In this document: positions 1 through 8,976 of the stretch, in pieces
Numbering within the stretch: position 1 is the first letter of the stretch
Layout of the letters: each line of letters opens with the position of its first letter
Origin: an uncultured virus (IMG/VR IMGVR_UViG_3300034071_000245)
Taxonomy: Duplodnaviria > Heunggongvirae > Uroviricota > Caudoviricetes
Length of the DNA stretch: 64,000 nucleotides
Virus record (IMG/VR): IMGVR_UViG_3300034071_000245
Reading direction: 5' to 3' (one strand)
Translations under genes and position numbers: made by a program
Notes under the pieces: generated by a model
Told to the model about the DNA's origin: nothing
Database searches by the model: none
What the model saw: the letters and a program-made list of their open reading frames with translations, nothing else

Positions 1-1094
1 TCGTTATACTTCATGCCAGCAGAATATACAACCGCTGGTAAAAGCATAGGGCTGATTTCATTGTTTCTGTATTTAGCTACCTGACGATAAGGTATTTCAG
101 TAACATCGAATATGGAGAATGCTGAGTAATCTAGTCCCTGTCCCTCGGCAACATCAACGGTCAAAACATATGTGTGTTTAGGAATAGGTTCTTCGAATAC
201 TTCCATACATTCCATACGACGAATAGGCTCTTTCCAGTGCAACGATGCAAGTTTAGCACCATTGATAAGTGTGTTAGATGAACCTAAGAACTCACAACCA
301 AACTCTTGGTCGAACTGTCTTTGTGAGGTGTTTCGAATCGTTTCTTGCGCCCATGCTTCGTCTCTACCCGGCACCATGCTCCAGTGAATTTCAATAGGCA
401 TATATGTGCTAGTCTTTTCGACGGCTTTCGTCCACATCTTATAGAACAAGTTCATGCCGTTAGGTGTAGAGACGATAACGACCTTAGAAGTTTTACCAGA
501 TGAAATAGTAGGATATGTAGAATTAAAGAAGTCCTCAGCAATATTATTCGGTACGAACGCAAACTCGTCTAGAAAGATTAGGTTGAATGAGAAACCACGG
601 ACGGAACTACCTGAGGTAGAGTCGGCTAGAACTCTCGAACCGTTGGCGAGATAAATGGATCCTTTGTTCCACTCTTTGATGCCCTGTTTTAGAAACATTG
701 GCAAGTATTCGAAGGCTAGCTTAAGTTTGCCAAGTAGTTCTCTAGCAGTCGGTGCACGGTTAGCAAGAATAGCGACAACAAAGTTCTCGTTAAACAAGAC
801 TTGGTGAAGGATATACGCTACCGATGTAGTAGACTTACCGACCTGACGAGGTAGTTTACAGATAGAGAAACGATTGTCGTGGAATGTTTGCAGCATTCTT
901 TCCTGGAAGTCCCACATTTCGAATGGGATCAAACCACGGTCAACGTTAATGATCTTGATATACTTGCGAGCAAAATAAACAGGATCTTCGGCACACTTTA
1001 GATACTCATCTAGTTCTTTTTGAGTAAAAGAATGACGATACTGCTCATTAGGCAGATTGGGATTATTCTGGTAGCTGTAAGGTGTCCTTGCCAT
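1..1094 (-). CDS. gp17: Large terminase subunit (T4 gp17-like), runs off the left edge
   Basis: Manual translation MARTPYSYQNNPNLP...EYLKCAEDPVYF...WDFQ...KLPRQVGKST (Walker A); overlaps the end of gp16. Not in the ORF track. Confidence 0.95.
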   Translation of the reverse strand, partial: MARTPYSYQNNPNLPNEQYRHSFTQKELDEYLKCAEDPVYFARKYIKIINVDRGLIPFEMWDFQERMLQTFHDNRFSICKLPRQVGKSTTSVAYILHQVLFNENFVVAILANRAPTARELLGKLKLAFEYLPMFLKQGIKEWNKGSIYLANGSRVLADSTSGSSVRGFSFNLIFLDEFAFVPNNIAEDFFNSTYPTISSGKTSKVVIVSTPNGMNLFYKMWTKAVEKTSTYMPIEIHWSMVPGRDEAWAQETIRNTSQRQFDQEFGCEFLGSSNTLINGAKLASLHWKEPIRRMECMEVFEEPIPKHTYVLTVDVAEGQGLDYSAFSIFDVTEIPYRQVAKYRNNEISPMLLPAVVYSAGMKYN

Positions 1095-1530
1095 CTTGCT
1101 CTTTCTTGTTCTTTATGGCAGATAACAACTCTGCGGTAGAACCCACAAAAACTGCTTGTTCAACATTAATATGTCCCTCGGCGTTTTTCTTGCGAGGATC
1201 CGAATCAGGATCAGGTTCTTTAAGATCCCTTTTCATTTTCTGTAGATTATATAGGTCTTTAGATGTTTCACCGACCGTCTTGATTAGGTTGGCAACTACC
1301 TCAAAGCCTCTTGCTGATTCGTTTTGTCTAGCAATAGTAGAGATATCTTCAAGGGCATCGTTACCCTTTTCGATAAGATTACGGAGGGTATTTCTGACTA
1401 GTTTATAGTCTGCGTCTTGATCTTCTTCTGCTGGCAATTGTTCATATACAACAACTTCCTTGCTTGGCTCATTTTTTGTTTCTTCAACCTTATGCTCAAT
1501 ACCTAGTGCGTCAGATAAGTTCTTTGTCAT
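1063..1530 (-). CDS. gp16: Small terminase subunit
   Basis: DYKLVRNTLRNLIEKG...ARGFEVVANLIK...VFVGSTAELL motifs; directly upstream of gp17. Confidence 0.9.
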   Translation of the reverse strand: MTKNLSDALGIEHKVEETKNEPSKEVVVYEQLPAEEDQDADYKLVRNTLRNLIEKGNDALEDISTIARQNESARGFEVVANLIKTVGETSKDLYNLQKMKRDLKEPDPDSDPRKKNAEGHINVEQAVFVGSTAELLSAIKNKKEQDGKDTLQLPE

Positions 1531-1543
1531 GTCTCACTTCCAA

Positions 1544-2170
1544 TTATGTAACTAAGAATGTCATTCCATATGCATTTTCAGCATCGATAGTAAAGTAGTT
1601 CGATTTGCTAATTGTGGTATAGGTATTTTGTAGGTAACCAATTGTTGTGCTTCTAGTATCATTGTTAGAGCGAGCAAATGTAGCAGTTGTATTGGTAATA
1701 CCAATAACAGCATTTGCTACCGCACCGTCTTGATTGAACATAGCAACCCAAATCTGTCTAGACTTGACAGTTGTATTAGCTACCACACCAATTGAACTAT
1801 TAGCAACCCACTCGGTAACATTAGAGAATTGTTGATTAAAACCTCTCAATGCGACACAATTAATATTACCTCCACCAGATACAAAGACGGTTGAATTTGA
1901 CTCGTCAATGCCTCTTTTCTTATATGCAAGCAATCTACCAGAACCCGAACCATTAACGGCGGTTGTGGTATTAGAATATATTGTATTCCAATCTGCTGGC
2001 AATTCTGGAACTGTTAAGTTATCTGCTACAGCAAATACAACCAGTGTATCACCTGCATAACCGCTTGGATACTCAAAAGTTATATTCTCTACAACTCTTT
2101 CAGAAGTCATAGTTTGTCCAACAAATTTTGGGTTGTTACCTAGTCCAACTAATGTCTGTTGAATTGCCAT
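1544..2170 (-). CDS. Hypothetical virion or fibre-associated protein
   Basis: 208-aa ORF translationally coupled to the upstream fibre gene; N/T/V-rich. Confidence 0.5.
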   Translation of the reverse strand: MAIQQTLVGLGNNPKFVGQTMTSERVVENITFEYPSGYAGDTLVVFAVADNLTVPELPADWNTIYSNTTTAVNGSGSGRLLAYKKRGIDESNSTVFVSGGGNINCVALRGFNQQFSNVTEWVANSSIGVVANTTVKSRQIWVAMFNQDGAVANAVIGITNTTATFARSNNDTRSTTIGYLQNTYTTISKSNYFTIDAENAYGMTFLVT

Positions 2171-4473
2171 TATGACAAACCAGCTCCTGATACGGCAAAT
2201 GTATTAGCACGGACACAGATAAGAGTTGCGAGTCCATAATTGCTCAACAATCTATTTCCTGTATCGTTGGTACCGGATAGAAGTAGCGTAACATTGTTGT
2301 TCTGTGTAATCGTCAATGATGTTGCGGTATTGTTGAAGATGCTTACTGTCTGACCGGTGGCAAATACAGAGTTTACGATAAACACATTAGCACCGGGTGC
2401 ATCAACAGAAATCAACTTACCGGTATCAGCCAATGTTAGAATATATGATGCAGGCTGACTATTAACTGGCAAATCTCTTAGCGGACCGTTAACATCAGAT
2501 ACATAACCATTTACATATAGACTGCCTTCAAGACTTGCATTTGTATTAGGTAGAGAATTGTTTGCTGTATTAAATGCAGCAGTAATGGTAGTACCGAATG
2601 TGTTAACTGTTACCGCTGCGTAGTTAGCAATGTTGAATGATGTATTAGAAATGGTTGAAATTACATTCAACTGTCCATATGAAGCGATTGTAGTTGCGGC
2701 AACATTATATGCATACTCATATGTCGAGTTAGCAAAGTTAGATCCGTTATTAGCTAGAATGTATGCGGCATTGGCTCTATCGAATGCAGGACCAGGATAA
2801 CCGAACTCACTAGCAATTGTATTAGCACGGTTATATGCACTGTTAGCAACATCATAAGATGAGTTGGCATGAAGGAATGCAGCATTAGTATTAGCAATGA
2901 CACCATAAACAAGAGCATTACTTGTATTAGCTAGATCAAACACAACAGTTGTGGTGGCAGCCACATTGTATGAGAAGCTATTAACAGTGTTTGCAAATGT
3001 GAATGATGCAATAGCATTGACTAGAGCGGAATTTGCTGTATCATTTGCTAGGTTTGCTCTCTCAAATGCTCCGGTGAATGCAGCAAGGGCGATAGTATTG
3101 ACACTAAGTCCACCAAGGAAGTTATTAACATTGGTATTGGCAGCCTGAGCGATTGCTAGAGCGTTTGCTGTATTAGATGCTGTAACTGTAATAGTATTGC
3201 TAAATGAGTTGAGTGTATTACCGAACTCATATGCCAATAGAGAAACAGCACCACCGTCTAGGCTATAGACGAAAGAGTTTGCGGCAGTTGCAGCGATATA
3301 TGCGGCAGTTGCTAGATCAAATGTTTGATATCCGAATGTATTGACAGTATTAACTAGATTTGAAACGGCATTAACTCTTTCATCTACCAATGTAATTCTG
3401 TCATTACATGTATTGGCTTCATCAAATGCAGCAATAGCAATTGTTGGGAACTTATATTCTAGAGTGAATGATGAAAGACTATTTGCTAGATCATAAACGG
3501 TGTTTAGTGTAGCATAGACATTCTGAGAATAACCGTTTGAGGTATTAGCAACATTGAATAGCTGGTTGATTCTAAACTCTAGTCCATCGGAACGAGTATT
3601 AACAGTATTGGAAGCATTGAAAACAATAGCCACACTGTTAGCAACATCGGATACATATGTATTTACCGTATTTGCATAATCAAAGGCAGCATTTGTTCTG
3701 TCTGATACTTCGGCAACAGTAGCGGCTAAGCCTGCGCCAGATGTAAGCGAAAGATTGTTAGCAAATGCGAAAGCGGCTACAGCAACATTAGATGTGTCGT
3801 TAGCAAAAGCAAATGCAGCATTCGCCTGGTCATATACTGTATTGACTCTGGTATCCAGATCACCATTTGTAAGTGAATAAGCATATGCATTAACCGAATT
3901 GGCAAATGTATAAACATTAGCAACATCGGAATTTGTGGCCGATGTAATGGTGACAAGTGTATTGGCTAGATCATAAGCATATGATAGAGTGGTGCTAACA
4001 AGTCCTGTTTGTAATAGGGCACTGTTGGCAAAGTTATATGCTGTATTTGATTGATCATATGCAGCACTAAGTTTAGAGCCAAATGTATTAGCATAATCAA
4101 AAGATGCTTGTGATGTTGCATAAGCAAGGTTCGATTGATTGTAAGATACAGTAAAGTTGGCAGATAATGTCGATACAGTAGCATTAGATGAGTTGAGTGC
4201 GCCTTGAAGCGTAGTAATACTATCAAGTGCATTTCCGATAGAAATGAATGCTGTATTAGAAAGATCCGATAATGTATTAGCAGCCAGGGCAGTATTGTTT
4301 GCTAATCCATATACAGATGTTACAGTGTTTGAGGTATCGTTAGCAAAAGCAAATGCTGATATTACTGTATTTGATGAATCGTTTGCAAGTGCATATGAGC
4401 TATTAGCGGTTGTGTAAGCCGCATTAGCTGTATCATATGCTGAATTTGCTGTATCGAAAATTGGGTCTGCCAT
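2170..4473 (-). CDS. Ala/Asn-rich coiled-coil fibre protein
   Basis: Repeated A[FY]D.AN.A motifs; C-terminal SYILTLADTGKLI...VSGAGLS fibre-tip-like domain. Confidence 0.7.
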   Translation of the reverse strand: MADPIFDTANSAYDTANAAYTTANSSYALANDSSNTVISAFAFANDTSNTVTSVYGLANNTALAANTLSDLSNTAFISIGNALDSITTLQGALNSSNATVSTLSANFTVSYNQSNLAYATSQASFDYANTFGSKLSAAYDQSNTAYNFANSALLQTGLVSTTLSYAYDLANTLVTITSATNSDVANVYTFANSVNAYAYSLTNGDLDTRVNTVYDQANAAFAFANDTSNVAVAAFAFANNLSLTSGAGLAATVAEVSDRTNAAFDYANTVNTYVSDVANSVAIVFNASNTVNTRSDGLEFRINQLFNVANTSNGYSQNVYATLNTVYDLANSLSSFTLEYKFPTIAIAAFDEANTCNDRITLVDERVNAVSNLVNTVNTFGYQTFDLATAAYIAATAANSFVYSLDGGAVSLLAYEFGNTLNSFSNTITVTASNTANALAIAQAANTNVNNFLGGLSVNTIALAAFTGAFERANLANDTANSALVNAIASFTFANTVNSFSYNVAATTTVVFDLANTSNALVYGVIANTNAAFLHANSSYDVANSAYNRANTIASEFGYPGPAFDRANAAYILANNGSNFANSTYEYAYNVAATTIASYGQLNVISTISNTSFNIANYAAVTVNTFGTTITAAFNTANNSLPNTNASLEGSLYVNGYVSDVNGPLRDLPVNSQPASYILTLADTGKLISVDAPGANVFIVNSVFATGQTVSIFNNTATSLTITQNNNVTLLLSGTNDTGNRLLSNYGLATLICVRANTFAVSGAGLS

Positions 4474-4478
4474 TTAAA

Positions 4479-6059
4479 TTATCCTATCTTCTTCTTTAAT
4501 TCATCAATTTCAGCCATTAGTCCTTTGATTGCTTCTACTAACACAGGAACTATCTTTTCTTCTCTTACTGTCAAATATGGGTTTTCAGGATCATAGTTGA
4601 TGCCTTCTCTAGGAATCAATCTGTCACCATCCTTATTAGTATATTGTAGCATTTGAATTGCTGCTGCCTGTGGAAGAACCTCTTGAACTTCCTGTGCAAC
4701 CAAACCAACTTCGATGCCAGTATTAGTTTCATCCAAAAGTTTGTTGCCGATATCATTCCATTCATAACGATAACCATTTATACCATTAAGAATTGTGCGC
4801 CAATCAGTAATCTTAGTAAGGTTCTTCTTAAGTCTTCTATCCGACCAATAAGCAGTAATATTGCCGTTTGTGTAGAAGTTGCCAGCGCCTTCGAAAATAG
4901 CTCTAGTACCATTGTCTTGTGTGCCGAATCTAATCCACCACTGATTTGTAAAGCTTCCTGAAATCCAGGTTGCACCACCATTACTGAAATGGAATCTAAC
5001 GAAATTATCTGGATATGATCTAACCCACTGATCGTTGTTTAGCTCAAGGACATTCAATCTAGTTCCAGCAGATGGATCAACATAATAGTTGATGTTGTTT
5101 CTATCTCTAATAGAACTTACTTGAACTTCGTTTAGAATTGAAGTTCCCGCAGGATCGAGTAAGAAAGTCTGATTATCTTGATCAAGGAATCTTCTTCCAA
5201 CAATATCACCAAACGAACGAATATAATTAACATCAAGGTTAGCTAGTTTAGAATTGCCATTAGGATCAACTCGGTAATCTTGATTGTTTAGATCGATCAA
5301 GAGAGGAGCGTAAACGGCATTAGAGCAAGTCATATTAACAAAACTTGTTCTTTCGAATGCGGCATTTGCTTTAATGAATGCAGCGTTAGCATGTCTAAAG
5401 ACTGTTGAATTGGGTGGTAATGCTTGCAATGCTATCAATACATTGTTAGAATGTAGGAATGCGGCATTAGCATGTGTGCGAGCCGTGTTAGCGTTAATAT
5501 AACCAGCATTCGCATGGGTTCTTGCCGTATTGGCGTTTATGTATGCTGAGTTGGCATGATCCCTAGTAACATTTGCTCTTCCGAATGCATTGTTAGAATG
5601 TGAGAATGCCGCATTAGCATTGAAATACGCTGAGTTTGCATGACGGAATATAACAGTATTCGCTCTAGCAAAAAGATTGTTAGAGTGATTGAAAACGGTA
5701 TTAGCATTGAAATATGCAGCATTAGCATGACGCCAAACGGTGTTTGTTGTCGCAAAGGCATCGTTTGCCTTAAAGTATGCTAGATTGGCGGTGCGAAAAG
5801 CTAAAACAGTATTTTGTGATATTTGTGCGAAGCCACCGAATGTTAGATTTGCACGATCATATGCAGAGTTGGCGTGAGCCCATGCCAGATTAATTCTGTT
5901 GTTTGTGCTTCTACTAAATGAGTTAATTGTATTAACGGTATTAGTGCCGTTGGCAAACAATTCTTGAAAGTTGTCGTTTACTTTAATAAACGAATCTCTA
6001 AGTGTATCGCCTTTGCCGTCGTTAGCAACCGAACCTACATTTACTATTTGTCTGGTCAT
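4479..6059 (-). CDS. Tail fibre with C-terminal intramolecular chaperone (peptidase S74)
   Basis: N-terminal Q.VNVGSVANDGKGDTLRDSFIKVNDNFQEL attachment motif; HAN.A[YF] repeats; C-terminal WSDRRLKKN...GLVAQEVQEVLP...LVEAIK. Confidence 0.85.
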   Translation of the reverse strand: MTRQIVNVGSVANDGKGDTLRDSFIKVNDNFQELFANGTNTVNTINSFSRSTNNRINLAWAHANSAYDRANLTFGGFAQISQNTVLAFRTANLAYFKANDAFATTNTVWRHANAAYFNANTVFNHSNNLFARANTVIFRHANSAYFNANAAFSHSNNAFGRANVTRDHANSAYINANTARTHANAGYINANTARTHANAAFLHSNNVLIALQALPPNSTVFRHANAAFIKANAAFERTSFVNMTCSNAVYAPLLIDLNNQDYRVDPNGNSKLANLDVNYIRSFGDIVGRRFLDQDNQTFLLDPAGTSILNEVQVSSIRDRNNINYYVDPSAGTRLNVLELNNDQWVRSYPDNFVRFHFSNGGATWISGSFTNQWWIRFGTQDNGTRAIFEGAGNFYTNGNITAYWSDRRLKKNLTKITDWRTILNGINGYRYEWNDIGNKLLDETNTGIEVGLVAQEVQEVLPQAAAIQMLQYTNKDGDRLIPREGINYDPENPYLTVREEKIVPVLVEAIKGLMAEIDELKKKIG

Positions 6060-6087
6060 GTTCTCTTAATCCGAGGTTATTTAAGTA

Positions 6088-6095
6088 TATTTAGT
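6088..6095 (-). promoter_or_regulatory. T4-type late promoter (ACTAAATA)
   Basis: TATAAATA-like -10 box about 30 nt upstream of the fibre gene start. Confidence 0.55.
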
Positions 6096-7093
6096 TACCG
6101 TCTATACAAAGTTTCGCTATACCCATAATCGTCGCCGGGTTCAGAATTAATAGGATCGGGTGTATGTCTAATCATAAATGCATCTTCTACAGGTTGTTTC
6201 TGTGATATGATAGTGCATACCGCATTGGATTCGGTGGCATGAACTCTGTTGTTAGCGAAGAATCTTCCTTCTGTGACATTAACAACAAGGCTGTGTGCAT
6301 TAGCATTATATGATACCACTTTGCCGTATGCATTAGATGTTAGAGGATTATGTCCCTGATAGACCACATCACCTCTATTGAAGCTACCGTTTGCATTTGC
6401 AACATTCAATGTGGCAATATAGCCATTGTTTGTTATGATAGTGTTATCAGCAAACACTCTAGTATTAGCAGAAGTGATAATCTTGGGCGTTGTGATTGGG
6501 CCATAGAAATGCATCTTCATTGTGAAAGTGAGAGTCCAATATACATAACGAACTGAGTCAAAGTTGCCTTCGTATTGAATGTCGTTTGTTACTGAATTAA
6601 GAATTACAGGCACATCTTTTAGAAATCCTAGATCGGGAATCATGTTTGTTGTGACTGTGAAATCGGGATTGAAGAAAGGTAAAATCTGTTCTACAATATG
6701 TGTGCCATCATCAATGTTTCTTGCATAGATGTTCAAAGCGAATGTAATGTCATAAGGCACACCAACATACTGCGACTTAACAGATGATCCATTATTAGGT
6801 GCTACTGCCCTTAATGTAGAGTTTTGCTTGCGAGTAGGATCATATGAGATACCTGTAATCTCGAAACTCATTCTAGGAAGAATAGCTTGAAACTGTTTTA
6901 GTAGTGCTGGGTCGGACTCAATACGAGTGACCATCTTCTCTTTAGGAGCATAGATGATCGGGACCAAGAAACGCTGTGTCTCTTTGCCTGTCTGATTATT
7001 CGTTCTAACTACAGTAATGTCATCAAACAGTCTGCCAAATAGAATGACTGCTTTCTTAGTTAGTGAGTGATAAAACGGTGCATTACCTAGCAT
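6095..7093 (-). CDS. gp15: Tail sheath stabilizer / tail terminator
   Basis: FYH...FGRLFDDI...VPIIYAPKEK...LPRMSFEITGISYDPTRK...EQILPFFNP. Confidence 0.95.
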   Translation of the reverse strand: MLGNAPFYHSLTKKAVILFGRLFDDITVVRTNNQTGKETQRFLVPIIYAPKEKMVTRIESDPALLKQFQAILPRMSFEITGISYDPTRKQNSTLRAVAPNNGSSVKSQYVGVPYDITFALNIYARNIDDGTHIVEQILPFFNPDFTVTTNMIPDLGFLKDVPVILNSVTNDIQYEGNFDSVRYVYWTLTFTMKMHFYGPITTPKIITSANTRVFADNTIITNNGYIATLNVANANGSFNRGDVVYQGHNPLTSNAYGKVVSYNANAHSLVVNVTEGRFFANNRVHATESNAVCTIISQKQPVEDAFMIRHTPDPINSEPGDDYGYSETLYRR

Positions 7094-7986
7094 TACGGTG
7101 TTCCGAATGGATTGATTTCAGATAGATCAAGAATAAGTTCTGTTGACTTGCCGAAATCATCGTTGTTAAAGAAATCTTGCATTACGAAATCACCAGTTGC
7201 ATCTACACCGTTGGCGGTTGTAGAGAATATTGCCTGCGATGTATTACCATAAACATTAGCACTTGGGCTGAATGTGCCCATGATGTTGTGTAGAAGCATT
7301 GTTCCATTAGCTGCAAACCATTCAGAAACTTCGGCTGTAGCAGTAGCGTTTGCCCATGTTCCGTCTGGTGACTGATAAACAACCTCGTTATCACGGAATG
7401 ATCCTGAACCAGATGTGTTTAGAGTTAGTTTAATTGTGTAGCCGTTATCTTCTTCGACTTGATCAATCTCACCAATGCCAGTATCAAAATCTTCTTCACT
7501 ATAACGGAAGACTTCACAACGCATTTCAAAGACGAATGGATGACGATTGCCCAATGAATAGAACATAAGTTTCTTTTCAATGAACTTAATCTCAAACATA
7601 CGGTGTAATAGTGGTACCCAAACAAGATCGCCCTCTTGTGGGCGTTCTCTAAGTGCTGATGGAACTATACGAGCAAATGAACGGCGTGAGATAACAAAGT
7701 TAGATGTATCTCTAATCTCTAGACCAAACTTAGAGAAGAAATCATGATCACCTTCGTATCCTTCTGCATTGGCAATATATGCTTCAATGATGTAAGCATG
7801 TTTAAATTTGACCTTGGTAGTTTCACCAAAGATCATATCAACATTGTCTAGCGATTCTCTAGGAATGTAATAGCAATTATGTCCCATGATTTGAATAGAT
7901 TCAACGATAACATCCTCCATAAGAGAATGCTCGTTTCCCAATCTATTCTGTGAGGGAAAGTTATTGAAATAACCGTTTACTGCCAT
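7093..7986 (-). CDS. gp14: Neck protein
   Basis: ESIQIMG..CYYIPRE...FFSKFGLEIRD...RPQEGDLV...DLSEINPFG. Confidence 0.95.
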   Translation of the reverse strand: MAVNGYFNNFPSQNRLGNEHSLMEDVIVESIQIMGHNCYYIPRESLDNVDMIFGETTKVKFKHAYIIEAYIANAEGYEGDHDFFSKFGLEIRDTSNFVISRRSFARIVPSALRERPQEGDLVWVPLLHRMFEIKFIEKKLMFYSLGNRHPFVFEMRCEVFRYSEEDFDTGIGEIDQVEEDNGYTIKLTLNTSGSGSFRDNEVVYQSPDGTWANATATAEVSEWFAANGTMLLHNIMGTFSPSANVYGNTSQAIFSTTANGVDATGDFVMQDFFNNDDFGKSTELILDLSEINPFGTP

Positions 7987-7987
7987 T

Positions 7988-8737
7988 TTAACCTACCAAG
8001 AAGGCAGGAGGCTGCTCATAAGTCGAACGAATTTCTAGTTCGATCTTTTCAATTTCTGCCGTGGCTTCATTGAAGATATCGACACCACGCATCATTACAC
8101 CACCTGGCAACTGCATCTTGTCAAACTTGGACATATTCTGTCCCCATTGTTTCTTGACATACGCTGTGGCAAGTTTCTTGAGCATACGGTCGTTCCAAAC
8201 TCTAGTGTAAGTTGTTGGGTCTGTAATTACGATACCTTCAACGATGATATATTCACCGGGTTGAATGTCATTCTTCCAGTCCCAATCGATATAGAGTTTG
8301 TTAGTGATACGATTGAAACGAATAGGCTGCTGACCTGTGAAGATCATATTAAGTGTGGCAAGATGCTGCATTGTTAGAGCATAATTGACATATGATGTTG
8401 ATGAAAGGTCCCAGAGGTCGTTAAGACGCAACTGGTACCTTAAATCAAACATGTTCATGGCGAGGTAAGAACCACCAACAGGAAACACACGAATAGCACC
8501 AATCAAACCATCAGATACAGGAATGTATTGATTGTTTAGGTCTTGCTGTGTTATTTGATGCTTCACATACGATCTTTCAGTGCCATTGAAATGGAACTCA
8601 TTCCAGAACTCAAATGCCAACTCAATGGCATCTTCGACCTGAACATCATCAACATTAACCTGAATGACAGGATATCCTAACTGTCTTAGGCAAAAGTCTT
8701 TTAGTTCTTCTTTATTTGCTGGCTGATTGATCGACAT
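7988..8737 (-). CDS. gp13: Neck protein
   Basis: LKDFCLRQLGYPVIQVNVDDVQVED...KKQWGQNMSKF..MQLPGGV. Confidence 0.95.
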   Translation of the reverse strand: MSINQPANKEELKDFCLRQLGYPVIQVNVDDVQVEDAIELAFEFWNEFHFNGTERSYVKHQITQQDLNNQYIPVSDGLIGAIRVFPVGGSYLAMNMFDLRYQLRLNDLWDLSSTSYVNYALTMQHLATLNMIFTGQQPIRFNRITNKLYIDWDWKNDIQPGEYIIVEGIVITDPTTYTRVWNDRMLKKLATAYVKKQWGQNMSKFDKMQLPGGVMMRGVDIFNEATAEIEKIELEIRSTYEQPPAFLVG

Positions 8738-8755
8738 TTACCTCATCCGTGTCTT

Positions 8756-8935
8756 TTACTTATTAAGGACAGAACTCTCAGTGACATTCACATTTAGTTC
8801 CTGCACCTGTGAATCTGCTTGTTGACGAATAGCTAGAAATGTTTCCAATGTCTGTTCTAGGGGCATCTTAGATAGAGCCGTAAGAACATTGTTAATCATA
8901 GGAATTGTAAGTTCTAGTTTAATTGTCTTTTCCAT
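8756..8935 (-). CDS. Small hypothetical protein (59 aa), possible fibre assembly chaperone
   Basis: Manual ORF MEKTIKLELTIPMINNVLTALSKMP...; AGAGG RBS; fills the gap after the giant fibre gene. Confidence 0.65.
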   Translation of the reverse strand: MEKTIKLELTIPMINNVLTALSKMPLEQTLETFLAIRQQADSQVQELNVNVTESSVLNK

Positions 8936-8976
8936 AATATACCTCTTTAGTTAATGCCTGCTTGAAGCAGATGCAT

